From positions 3,371-67,370 of the forward strand of contig JAFUJR010000029.1 in NCBI GenBank assembly GCA_017468085.1: a stretch of 64,000 nucleotides of DNA, written 5' to 3'. The notes beneath the pieces were generated by a model. The model had not been told where the DNA came from. It searched no databases and was given only the letters and a program-made list of their open reading frames with translations. The first letter of the stretch is position 1. Every line of letters starts with the position of its first letter. The stretch is from Clostridia bacterium. Lineage in GTDB: Bacteria; Bacillota; Clostridia; Christensenellales; Borkfalkiaceae. Of this stretch, positions 55,432 through 64,000 are shown piece after piece. The translations under genes were made by a program, and so were the position numbers.

Positions 55432-57336
55432 TTAAAATACCGTTTTGTCCGCGATGTCCTTGCAAACGGTTGCCACGAATTCGTCTACGGAAACGACGCT
55501 TTGATCCCCGTCGCGACGGCGGATAGCCACTTGTCCCGCTTCCATTTCCTTATCCCCCAAAACGAGCATATAAGGCACTTTTTCAAGCTGAGCTTCACGG
55601 ATTTTGTAGCCGATTTTTTCGTTTCTGTCGTCGATTTCCACGCGTACGCCCGCCGCTTTTAACTGTGCGTAAATGCCGTTTGCGTAGTCCATTTGCTTAT
55701 CGGTGATGGGCAAAATTTTTACCTGCAAGGGCGCGAGCCATACGGGGAATTTTCCTGCGAAGTGTTCGATGAGGATACCGATAAAACGTTCGATAGAGCC
55801 GAACGCTACGCGGTGTACCATGATAGGCTGATGCTTTGCGCCGTCCTCGCCGACGTATTCCATTTCAAAGCGTTGCGGAAGCTGGAAGTCGAGCTGGATC
55901 GTACCGCATTGCCACGTTCTGCCGATAGAGTCTTCCAAATGGAAGTCGATTTTCGGGCCGTAGAATGCGCCGTCCCCTTCGTTTACGACGTAAGCCAAGC
56001 CCAAATCGTCAAGCGCGTTGCGCAAGGATTCGGTTGCTACGTTCCAATCCTCGTCGCTGCCCATGCTGTTTTCGGGGCGGGTGGAAAGCTCTACGTGATA
56101 TTTAAAGCCGAACAAGGTGTATACTTCGTTGATAAGACGAACGACGCCCTTGATTTCGTCCTTGATCTGCTCGCGCGTCATAAAGATATGCGCGTCGTCC
56201 TGCGTGAAGCAACGCACGCGGAACAAGCCGTGGAGCTGACCGGATTTTTCGTGGCGGTGTACAAGACCGAGCTCGCCCATGCGGATAGGTAAATCCTTAT
56301 AGCTATGCGGTTCGTTTTTATATACGAGGATACTGCCGGGGCAGTTCATGGGTTTGATTGCAAAATCCTCTTCGTCCACCTTGGTGGTGTACATATTGTC
56401 GCGGTAATGGAACCAATGCCCCGACGTTTCCCAAAGGGAACGGTTGAGCATAATGGGGGTTTGGATTTCTACGTAGCCCTCTCTGGTATGGATTTGACGC
56501 CAATAATCTACGAGGGTGTTTTTGAGCACCATACCGTTAGGCAGGAAGAAGGGCAAGCCCTTGCCTTCGTTCATGATCGCAAACAGTTTTAATTCCTTGC
56601 CGAGCTTTGTATGGTCGCGCTTTTTCGCCTCTTCAAGCATGGTGAAATACGCTTCCATTTCGTCTTTCTTTGCAAATGCCGTGCCGTAGATACGGGTGAG
56701 CATTTTGTTATGCTCGTCCCCGCGCCAATACGCGCCCGCAATACTCGTAAGTTTAAACGCCTTGATTTTGCCCGTCGAGGGAAGGTGAGGACCGCGGCAA
56801 AGGTCGGTGAAGTTGCCCTGCTTATAGAAAGAAATGGTTTCGCCGTCGGGCAGGTCGTTGATGAGCTCCACCTTATAATTTTCGCTGAAACCGTCCATCA
56901 AAGCCACCGCTTCTTCCTTGGGGAGGGTGAAGCGTTCGATGGGCAGATTGCTCTTAATGATTTTCTGCATTTCCTGCTCGATTTTCGCAAGGTCGCTCTG
57001 CGCGATGGGAGTTACGAAATCGACGTCGTAATAAAAGCCGTTTTCGATAACGGGGCCAATGGAAAGTTTACAGGTAGGATATACCGTTTTAAGCGCCTGC
57101 GCCAAAACGTGCGCGCAAGTGTGGCGGTAAACCTGCAACCCCTCTTTGTCCTTCAAGGTTACGATTTCAAGATTGTCCCCGTCCTTTAATACGTGGGACA
57201 AATCGACAAGCTCGCCGTTTACTTTTGCACAAACTGCATTTCTTGCCAAGCCCTCGGAAATGGCAAGCGCCGCCTGCATAGCGGTTGCGTTTTCTTCAAG
57301 CTGCATACTATCGCCGCTCTTTAAAATAACGTTCAT
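55432..57336 (-). CDS. thrS: Threonine--tRNA ligase
   Basis: The start is taken at ATG 57336 (GGAGGAATAAAT upstream); the track ORF runs back into the T-box leader. TGS domain, CRGPHLPSTG, class II core with FTQDDAHIF, and an anticodon-binding C-terminus. Confidence 0.93.
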   Translation of the reverse strand: MNVILKSGDSMQLEENATAMQAALAISEGLARNAVCAKVNGELVDLSHVLKDGDNLEIVTLKDKEGLQVYRHTCAHVLAQALKTVYPTCKLSIGPVIENGFYYDVDFVTPIAQSDLAKIEQEMQKIIKSNLPIERFTLPKEEAVALMDGFSENYKVELINDLPDGETISFYKQGNFTDLCRGPHLPSTGKIKAFKLTSIAGAYWRGDEHNKMLTRIYGTAFAKKDEMEAYFTMLEEAKKRDHTKLGKELKLFAIMNEGKGLPFFLPNGMVLKNTLVDYWRQIHTREGYVEIQTPIMLNRSLWETSGHWFHYRDNMYTTKVDEEDFAIKPMNCPGSILVYKNEPHSYKDLPIRMGELGLVHRHEKSGQLHGLFRVRCFTQDDAHIFMTREQIKDEIKGVVRLINEVYTLFGFKYHVELSTRPENSMGSDEDWNVATESLRNALDDLGLAYVVNEGDGAFYGPKIDFHLEDSIGRTWQCGTIQLDFQLPQRFEMEYVGEDGAKHQPIMVHRVAFGSIERFIGILIEHFAGKFPVWLAPLQVKILPITDKQMDYANGIYAQLKAAGVRVEIDDRNEKIGYKIREAQLEKVPYMLVLGDKEMEAGQVAIRRRDGDQSVVSVDEFVATVCKDIADKTVF

Positions 57337-57396
57337 ATTTATTCCTCCGTTGTTGATAACTATAATATTTGCTGTGTATTTAGCCGATAGAGCCGC

Positions 57397-57600
57397 AAAA
57401 AAGAAAAAATCCCTAAACTCTATCGAAAAGAGTTTAAGGACGCAATGTTGCTTGCGCGGTTCCACCTTAATTGCCGTAACGTACGACCACTTTTATTCAT
57501 ATGGATAACGAATGTAAAGCGGTTTCGCCCCTCGCCCGCGATTGCCCGTCTTTCAGCCTTGGAACGGACTCTCTGTAAAACGCAAAAACGACGCTACTTG
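57397..57600 (-). promoter_or_regulatory. T-box leader (threonine specifier ACC) with terminator/antiterminator
   Basis: The minus strand shows an AGAGAG stem I element. The specifier loop is GCGAAACCG closed by GTAAAG/CTTTAC. The T-box core is AATTAAGGTGGAACCGCGC (57455-57473). The terminator is CCTTAAACTC ... GAGTTTAGGG plus a T-run (57397-57439). Confidence 0.8.
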
Positions 57601-57614
57601 TCTTTACGCTTTTT

Positions 57615-57644
57615 ATTGTAATGCATTTGACCCGTTCTTGTCAA
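57615..57644 (-). promoter_or_regulatory. Promoter of the thrS T-box leader
   Basis: The minus strand reads TTGACA, an 18-nt spacer, then TACAAT. Confidence 0.55.
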
Positions 57645-57662
57645 CCTTTTTGCATAAGAATT

Positions 57663-58361
57663 TTAGCAAAAAACGGCTTTTTCTTTGTAATATTTTTGCA
57701 GGAATGCGCGAATTTCCTCCTCTGCCTCGCCAAAGCAATACACCCGCTCCGCGCCGCCGAGTACGATTTCGCCTATCGTCGACTCCACGCCCGTCAAAAT
57801 GCTTTTGCGAATGGGACGGTATTCCTCGTCGTATACTTTTCCGTTCTTTAAAAAGAGTTTCCCCTCGCCGTCCTCGGCAAGAAAACTCAAAAAATCGTCC
57901 ATGCCCACCTCGCTCATATTGACGGGCACGTAATCGGCGATCCCTTCCCAACGCTTGACAAGCTCGCGCAGGCGAAAATGGAAAACGCCGTCAAGACAGT
58001 AGCTTACAGCGCCGCGTATCCGCCGTACGACGTACGCCTTATCCTCCTGATAATCCGCCGCCACGATAGCAGTGATAAGCAGCCTTTTTTGCATTTCGTT
58101 TAACAAAGGCAAGGCGAGACGTTTTTCAAAAAAATCGTATTTATAGCCGATACAAATGACGTCCGCTATATGCCCCTCTGCAAACTTGCGCACGTAAGGC
58201 GTGTATTCCTTTTCCGTTTTGAAGGCAATCTCCGTGCTGTTTCCGTGCCGAGCCATATCGCAGGTCGCCGGCAGAAAGGAAAATCTTTCCCGCACTTTTG
58301 CATAGAGGTAAGACATATACAGCCCGTCAAAGCCGTTTTGCGTTATCGTTATTTCTTCCAC
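57663..58361 (-). CDS. ytxC: YtxC-like putative sporulation protein
   Basis: 232-aa ORF immediately upstream of thrS, the conserved position of ytxC in Bacilli and Clostridia. The assignment rests mainly on synteny and size. Confidence 0.45.
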   Translation of the reverse strand: MEEITITQNGFDGLYMSYLYAKVRERFSFLPATCDMARHGNSTEIAFKTEKEYTPYVRKFAEGHIADVICIGYKYDFFEKRLALPLLNEMQKRLLITAIVAADYQEDKAYVVRRIRGAVSYCLDGVFHFRLRELVKRWEGIADYVPVNMSEVGMDDFLSFLAEDGEGKLFLKNGKVYDEEYRPIRKSILTGVESTIGEIVLGGAERVYCFGEAEEEIRAFLQKYYKEKAVFC

Positions 58362-58438
58362 ACCACTATTGTATGCGACAAAACGAAAATTATTTATTGC
58401 GAAGAAGATTTCCTCTGCTCTCTTAGGCTTATATTTGC

Positions 58439-58467
58439 TTGACTTAGCGTAAAAAATAAGCTATAAT
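58439..58467 (+). promoter_or_regulatory. Consensus promoter for leuS
   Basis: TTGACT, a 17-nt spacer, then TATAAT, with a 63-nt leader to ATG 58531. Confidence 0.6.
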
Positions 58468-58530
58468 GGAAAAATAATAATTACTTTGTAATTACCGCCC
58501 CTAAAAACGGCGGTTTGGAGGAATTGAAAT

Positions 58531-60966
58531 ATGGATATGAAATCCGTAGAACAAAAATGGCAAGCAAAATGGGAAAAGAGTAAGCTTAACGTTTTCAACA
58601 AGAAAAACGCAGACAAAAAGCTGTACGTTTTGGAAATGTTCTCTTACCCCTCGGGCGCAAAATTGCACGTCGGGCATTGGTATAACTACGGCCCCACCGA
58701 TTCCTATGCTCGTTTTAAGAAAATGCAAGGTTTTGAAGTCTTCCAACCTATGGGCTTCGACGCGTTTGGTTTGCCTGCGGAAAATTACGCCATAAAGACG
58801 GGTATTCACCCCAAAGATTCGACGGAAAAGAACATTGAAACGATGGAAGCGCAGCTCAAAGCAATGGGCGCTATGTTCGATTGGACGGCGGAAATCAAGA
58901 CCTGCGAAGAAGATTATTATAAGTGGACGCAGTGGCTGTTCTTACAGCTTTATAACAAGGGTTTGGCATACCGCAAGGAAGCGCTTGTAAATTGGTGTCC
59001 CGATTGCGGCACGGTGCTTGCGAACGAACAAGTTATCGACGGCAAGTGCGAACGTTGCGATTCCGTTGTCATTCGTAAGGATATGACCCAATGGTTCTTG
59101 AAGATCACTGATTATGCCGAGGAGCTTTTGCAGGATTTGAAGGGCTTGGATTGGCCTGAAAAAACCAAGCTCATGCAGAAAAATTGGATTGGCAAATCCA
59201 CGGGCTGTGAAATTCAATTCGAGTGCGAAACGGGCGATACCATCACCGTATTCACGACTCGCCCGGACACGGTGTTCGGCGTAAATTACGTGGTTATCGC
59301 GCCCGAACATCCCCTCGTTGAAAAGCTGAAAGCGGCACACCCCGAACGCGCAAACGACATAGACGCGTACGTGCAATATGCGGCGGAAGCGAACGACATC
59401 GACAGACTTTCTACCGCGCGTGAAAAGACGGGTACTTTCTCGGGCGCGTACGCGACCCACCCCTTGACGGGCAAAAAACTCCCTATCTATCTTGCGGATT
59501 ACGTGTTGTACTCCTACGGTACGGGCGCGGTTATGGCGGTGGCAGCGCACGACGAACGCGATTACGCGTTTGCAAAGAAATACGGCTTGCCCGTAACGCA
59601 GGTTATCCAAAAAGTGGGCGGCGAAACCACCCTGCCTTTCTGTGAGGACGGCATTTTGGTGAACAGCGGCAGCTTTGACGGACTTTCCGGCGAGGAAGCG
59701 CGTAACGCGATTGCTATCCATTTAACGAAAATCGGCAAAGGCGGTAAAAAGGTCAATTACAGACTGCGTGATTGGTCGGTTTCCCGTCAAAGATATTGGG
59801 GCGCGCCTATCCCTATGATTCATTGCGAAAGTTGCGGCGTAGTGCCCGTTCCCGAAAAAGATTTGCCCGTCAAATTGCCTTACGACGTGGAATTCCGTCC
59901 CTCGGGCAGATCCCCCCTCGCTTCGCACGAAGGGTTTATGAATTGCACTTGTCCTAAATGCGGCGGCAACGCAACGCGCGACCCCGATACCTTGGACACT
60001 TTCGTTTGTTCAAGCTGGTATTATCTCCGTTATCCCGAAGCGCATAACCATAAACGCCCGTTCACGAGCGAGGTTGCCAATAAGATGGCGCCCGTAGACG
60101 TTTACGTCGGCGGTAGCGAACACGCTTGTATGCACCTCTTGTACGCTCGTTTCATCACGAAGGCGTTGCGCGATATGGGTTACATCGATTTCGGCGAACC
60201 TTTCAAACGTTTGGTACATCAAGGCATTATTCTCGGGCCTGACGGAAACCGTATGTCCAAATCGCACGGAAACGTCGTTTCGCCCGATACGTACATCGAA
60301 GAATACGGCTCGGATATGTTCCGCTTGTATTTAATGTTCGGATTTAGCTATACCGAAGGCGGGCCTTGGAATGACGACGGCATTAAATCGATTGCGAAAT
60401 TTGCAGACCGCGTTGAACGTATCGTGCTGAAAGCAAAGGATATGACGGGCGGACACAGCGAGATGAACGCGGCGGAAAAAGCGCTTAACTACGCGAAGCA
60501 TTACGCCATTAAAAACATCACGCGCGACGTGGAAGATTTTTCTTTCAATACCTCTGTCGCTCGTCTTATGGAATACGTAAACGCAATGCAGAAATACGAT
60601 TCCGAAACGGACGAAAAGAACGTAGAATTCTTTAAAAACTGCGCGAAAGACCTCGTACGCATGATTGCCCCCTTTGCCCCCCACTTTGCAGAAGAACTTT
60701 GGGAAAACTTGGGCAATAAGCGCTCCGTATTCTTGGAAATCTATCCCCTCGTAGACGAGCAAGCGCTTGTGAAAGACGAGGTGGAATACGCCGTTCAGGT
60801 CAACAGCAAAATTAAAGCGAAGATGATGATTCCCAAAAGTTTGTCCGATGAGGAAATCCAAACGCTTGTAAGCCAGCACCCGGACGTTGCCGCGCTTATC
60901 GAAGGAAAAACGGTGAGAAAGTGCATCGTCGTAAAAGGCAGACTTGTAAACCTTATCGTTGGTTAA
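58531..60966 (+). CDS. leuS: Leucine--tRNA ligase
   Basis: 811 aa. HIGH-type motif [14 protein letters not shown]-type motif RMSKSHGN, and an editing-domain insertion. Confidence 0.95.
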   Translation: MDMKSVEQKWQAKWEKSKLNVFNKKNADKKLYVLEMFSYPSGAKLHVGHWYNYGPTDSYARFKKMQGFEVFQPMGFDAFGLPAENYAIKTGIHPKDSTEKNIETMEAQLKAMGAMFDWTAEIKTCEEDYYKWTQWLFLQLYNKGLAYRKEALVNWCPDCGTVLANEQVIDGKCERCDSVVIRKDMTQWFLKITDYAEELLQDLKGLDWPEKTKLMQKNWIGKSTGCEIQFECETGDTITVFTTRPDTVFGVNYVVIAPEHPLVEKLKAAHPERANDIDAYVQYAAEANDIDRLSTAREKTGTFSGAYATHPLTGKKLPIYLADYVLYSYGTGAVMAVAAHDERDYAFAKKYGLPVTQVIQKVGGETTLPFCEDGILVNSGSFDGLSGEEARNAIAIHLTKIGKGGKKVNYRLRDWSVSRQRYWGAPIPMIHCESCGVVPVPEKDLPVKLPYDVEFRPSGRSPLASHEGFMNCTCPKCGGNATRDPDTLDTFVCSSWYYLRYPEAHNHKRPFTSEVANKMAPVDVYVGGSEHACMHLLYARFITKALRDMGYIDFGEPFKRLVHQGIILGPDGNRMSKSHGNVVSPDTYIEEYGSDMFRLYLMFGFSYTEGGPWNDDGIKSIAKFADRVERIVLKAKDMTGGHSEMNAAEKALNYAKHYAIKNITRDVEDFSFNTSVARLMEYVNAMQKYDSETDEKNVEFFKNCAKDLVRMIAPFAPHFAEELWENLGNKRSVFLEIYPLVDEQALVKDEVEYAVQVNSKIKAKMMIPKSLSDEEIQTLVSQHPDVAALIEGKTVRKCIVVKGRLVNLIVG

Positions 60967-60999
60967 TTCGTCGATATAATTTATATAATAACGGAAAAA

Positions 61000-61028
61000 C
61001 CCTCGCCGTTTGGCGAGGGGCTCTTTTT
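61000..61028 (+). terminator. Rho-independent terminator after leuS
   Basis: CCCTCGCC gttt GGCGAGGG followed by GCTCTTTTT. Confidence 0.8.
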
Positions 61029-61034
61029 GTATCT

Positions 61035-61520
61035 CTATTTAATTTTTTTGGACGGAACGCCTTTGGGGAGTTTTGCTTCTTCTATGAGTCGCGCAACCTG
61101 TTCTTCCGTAAAACGTAAATCCGCCTCACCATCGCGATAGTACGCGCCCGTTTTGGGGTTATTGCCTATATAGACGGGGCGTTCGCACCGTTTGGCTTTC
61201 CGTACGCAAATGACGACGATATCCTTTCCCTCTACGTTTTCAACGGTTACGTCCGTCTTTTTTAAAAGATTGGCGGACACAACGCGTTTGTCGTTCACAA
61301 GCTCCCAAAACTGCGCCACCAGTCTGCCGGGGTCGGGCAAATCGACGGGATAGAGAGTTTTATCCTTTTTATTCTCCGCTACGCCAAGCAAAATCACCCC
61401 GCCCGACGTGTTGGCGAATGCGGAGTACGTTTCCCAAATGCTATGCGGCAAACCGCCCGCGGCTTTCTTCGCCTCAATGCGCGCGTTTTCCTTATATTTA
61501 TTTAATATAGATAATTGCAT
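61035..61520 (-). CDS. AlbA_2 / Schlafen-like (divergent AAA-4) DNA-binding domain protein, stand-alone short form
   Basis: 161 aa. ARIEAKKAAGGLPHSIWETYSAFANTSGGVILLGV matches the N-terminal domain of the longer ATP-dependent regulator family. No downstream domains are present. Confidence 0.55.
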   Translation of the reverse strand: MQLSILNKYKENARIEAKKAAGGLPHSIWETYSAFANTSGGVILLGVAENKKDKTLYPVDLPDPGRLVAQFWELVNDKRVVSANLLKKTDVTVENVEGKDIVVICVRKAKRCERPVYIGNNPKTGAYYRDGEADLRFTEEQVARLIEEAKLPKGVPSKKIK

Positions 61521-61549
61521 GTGCGCCCTCCTATCGTTTATCCGATATA

Positions 61550-61586
61550 TAGATAAAAATTCTCCGCTTTTTACGGCGGAGAATTT
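61550..61586 (-). terminator. Rho-independent terminator after the 678-aa repeat lipoprotein gene
   Basis: AAAATTCTCCGC cgtaaaaa GCGGAGAATTTTTAT on the minus strand. Confidence 0.8.
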
Positions 61587-61595
61587 TACTTTTAA

Positions 61596-63632
61596 TTAAT
61601 AGTTACCCGTATAACCGTCGTTCCATTTCGCATACAGGTGGATATCTTCCGTTGCGCTGTCGTAAGACCAAACGCCGCTTGTGAGTATCTTCGCCCCCTT
61701 TGCACTGCCAACACGCCAAGACATGAACGTGTAAGTATCGCTACCCACTTTTTCGTGCGTAGGTTCGGGCAACGTATAAGACTTGCCGAACGTAACCGTG
61801 TAGGTCGACGTATCTAAAGCGTTGCCGCCGTTAACGTGCAAATACACGGTAAATACTTTTGCGGCGTGAACTGCTTTGAGCTCGACGTTCGTTTCGTCTA
61901 ACGTCCAAGTACCTGCGGTTGCAAAAGCGACGCCGTTTCTTTCCCAACGCTCCAATTTATAACCTACGTTCGCTTCTACCCATTGAGAGAGGTCGTAATG
62001 CGCGTTATATTCCACGGTAATCTCCGTTTGAAGAACCGAGCCGTTCGCGTCGGAGGTCAATTTCAACGTATACGTCTTAGGGGTTTCTTTTGCGTTGATC
62101 GTGATATCGCTCTGCACGTTGGTCAAATCAACACCTTCCGTATTCCACGAAACGACGTAGCCGATTTTGCCCGCGGGCGCAGGTACTTCACTCAAGTCTA
62201 CGCTCTCACCCTCTTTCACTTCAACAGTATGTACGGGCTGATTAGATTGCAAGAAGGAAACGCTGTAAACGGGGCGGGTATCCGTCCATTTTGCCGTCAA
62301 ATCAACCCCGCCGTCCTTCGTCCAAACGCCGTTTGCCGCAAGTTTGTTGCCGTCTGCGTCAAACCAACCGTCAAAACGCATATAAGACTTTTCGTGCGTA
62401 GGCGTTGCCAAGCTATATTCTGCGTTAAACGTTACTTCTTGCTTAACGTCGTCTAAGTTACCGCCGTTTGCGTCGTACGTAACCGTGTATTTATTCGGCG
62501 TAGCTTTTGCGTAAACGACTGCGCTTTCTTGCAGATTTGCAAACGTAGCCACCGTCGTGCACTCCGCGTCCGTATACCAATTTTCCGTATCTACCGTGTA
62601 GCCCGTTTTCCCGGACGGCGTAGGGATATTTTCTAACGCTTCGCCCTCGTAACCCGTTCTCGTGATGATAGAGCCGTCCGTGTCCGTAAAGGTGATAACC
62701 ACCTGCTCTTTTTCCGCCCACTTTGCCGTGAGGGTTACGTTTTCCGCTACGTTCCATTTAGACGTATTGGTGTAGGTTACGCCGTTGTATTCCCAACCGA
62801 GGAAATCGTGCGTTTCCTTCGTCAAGGACATATCGAGCGCCGTGCAATCTACGCCGTAAGTCAATTCCACCGTTGCGCCGTCAAGCTCGAAGCCGTCTGC
62901 GTCATAAGTAACGACGTAAACGTTCGGCACGTAAACCGCGGTTACCGTCATATCCGATTGAATATTCGTATAATCGGTTATATCCCAATGCGGGGTATGC
63001 CCCGCCTGACCGATAAATTCGGGTACGTCAGCCGCCGCAACCGATTCACCTTTTTTCACGCTGATTTCTTTTACAGACGTGCCGTCCTCAAACGAAACCG
63101 TGAACGTCGGGCGATTATCTTTCCAGCTTGCCACCAAGGTTACGTCCTCGGCAATCGTCCACTTATCACCGCTGAGTACGGCGTTTCCGTTATACGTCCA
63201 GCCCTGGAAGATATAATCCTCTCTTTCGGGTACAGCCAAGGTATACGGACAATCGAAAGTAACTTCCTGCTCTTTGGTTGCCACGTCCCCCTCGCCGGCG
63301 TCGTAAGTTATGGTGTAAACGTTGGGAGTTTCTACTGCTTCTACCGTAATATTTTTGGTGATATTCGTCAAATCCACCGTTCCCCACTGTACGGTATAAC
63401 CCGTTCTTTCCGCGGGGGTAGGAATATCCGTTAGCGATTCTCCCGCTTCCACCGTCCTTACAACGTCAGGCTGATTATACTGCTTAAACGTTACGGTATA
63501 GGTCGTCGTTTCCGACCCCGTATCTTGCGTATTGCCGTATCCGGAATCGTTATTTTTTACTCCGCACGCCGTAAACGTACTTGCACCGATAGCCAAAGTT
63601 AAGCAAAGAATTAGACTTAAAAATTTCTTCAT
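61596..63632 (-). CDS. Surface lipoprotein composed almost entirely of Listeria-Bacteroides (InlB B-repeat / Flg_new) repeats
   Basis: MKKFLSLILCLTLAIGASTFTACG lipobox. About nine alternating units of two kinds: one ending ...TGYTVQW/GHTPHW, the other YT(V/I)TYDA.G......(F)xGW.....W. Confidence 0.75.
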   Translation of the reverse strand: MKKFLSLILCLTLAIGASTFTACGVKNNDSGYGNTQDTGSETTTYTVTFKQYNQPDVVRTVEAGESLTDIPTPAERTGYTVQWGTVDLTNITKNITVEAVETPNVYTITYDAGEGDVATKEQEVTFDCPYTLAVPEREDYIFQGWTYNGNAVLSGDKWTIAEDVTLVASWKDNRPTFTVSFEDGTSVKEISVKKGESVAAADVPEFIGQAGHTPHWDITDYTNIQSDMTVTAVYVPNVYVVTYDADGFELDGATVELTYGVDCTALDMSLTKETHDFLGWEYNGVTYTNTSKWNVAENVTLTAKWAEKEQVVITFTDTDGSIITRTGYEGEALENIPTPSGKTGYTVDTENWYTDAECTTVATFANLQESAVVYAKATPNKYTVTYDANGGNLDDVKQEVTFNAEYSLATPTHEKSYMRFDGWFDADGNKLAANGVWTKDGGVDLTAKWTDTRPVYSVSFLQSNQPVHTVEVKEGESVDLSEVPAPAGKIGYVVSWNTEGVDLTNVQSDITINAKETPKTYTLKLTSDANGSVLQTEITVEYNAHYDLSQWVEANVGYKLERWERNGVAFATAGTWTLDETNVELKAVHAAKVFTVYLHVNGGNALDTSTYTVTFGKSYTLPEPTHEKVGSDTYTFMSWRVGSAKGAKILTSGVWSYDSATEDIHLYAKWNDGYTGNY

Positions 63633-63756
63633 CTTCCCATGATCCTTTATAATTTAGTGATTATATCATATCATAACTTTTGCTTTTCGTCAACCCCTAT
63701 TTTAAAATTTTATTTTAAAAAAGCTATCTTTTTTATTTTTTCGGTATTTTACCACG

Positions 63757-64000
63757 CTATCCCAACGCAACGTCTAAAATTAACATAAGGATAAAACCGA
63801 CAATCACTCCCCACGCCGCGTGCGTATAGTTTGAGGTATTCGTTTCACTATCCTCAGCAGAATTTGCGGACGGCAACAGCTCCTCCGCCACGACGAAAAT
63901 CATAGCTCCAGCCGAAAAAGCAAGCAACCATGTCTGCAACGAACGCAAATATACCGCCAAAAAAACGCCAAGCACGGCAAACACCGCCTCGCACACACCG
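63757..64000 (-). CDS. ZIP family metal transporter (ZupT/GufA-like), C-terminal part only
   Basis: C-terminal sequence FSAGAMIFVVAEELLPSA ... GVIVGFILMLILDVALG is typical of ZIP permeases. The frame is open to the right edge of the window. Confidence 0.7.
   Translation of the reverse strand, partial: GVCEAVFAVLGVFLAVYLRSLQTWLLAFSAGAMIFVVAEELLPSANSAEDSETNTSNYTHAAWGVIVGFILMLILDVALG

Noticed and set aside
57337-57465. Upstream extension of the thrS ORF (MEPRKQHCVLKLFSIEFRDFFFF...)
   Set aside because: It translates the T-box terminator and T-run. ATG 57336 has a GGAGG site and begins the conserved TGS domain.
58942-60879. Minus-strand ORFs 58942-59721 and 60331-60879
   Set aside because: They are antisense to leuS, whose identity is unambiguous.

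Overview
The window looks like a chromosomal segment of a Firmicutes/Clostridia-type genome. This rests on the ytxC-thrS-infC-rpmI-rplT order, a T-box, an L20-type leader and a yrrM/U32 pair. About 90% of the genes are on the minus strand. All calls come from reading the sequence and the ORF track; family names come from remembered motifs, not searches.

Content from left to right:
- 1-8247: an AraC-linked glycan-uptake ABC operon with a 1028-aa surface protein.
- 9998-28736: a large fructan-utilisation locus. It holds three GH32 enzymes, an ABC importer, a LacI regulator, a fructokinase and two paralogous proteins built from seven copies of one ~190-aa beta-sandwich-like module.
- 28874-30850: an AT-rich type II restriction-modification cassette abutting tRNA-Ala.
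- 31127-34692: an FNT channel, a ferritin-like protein and gdhA.
- 34908-36142: a tRNA-Arg(CCU) gene split in its anticodon loop by a 1.15-kb insert. The insert carries its own intact tRNA-Arg(CCU) and two zinc-ribbon mini-proteins.
- 36424-47649: a long minus-strand run with a lipoprotein, two COG0523-type GTPases (one fused to a DUF1980-like domain, one with a triplicated His/Cys module), M29 and M3 peptidases, asparaginase, a U32/O-methyltransferase pair and RNase J.
- 47718-64000: housekeeping genes. These include a P-type ATPase behind a yybP-ykoY-like leader, yebC, a SpoU methyltransferase, rplT-rpmI-infC, thrS with a T-box, and leuS. They are followed by a repeat lipoprotein and a partial ZIP transporter.

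No CRISPR array, rRNA, transposase or integrase was seen. The most unusual item is the split tRNA-Arg with a self-supplied replacement copy.
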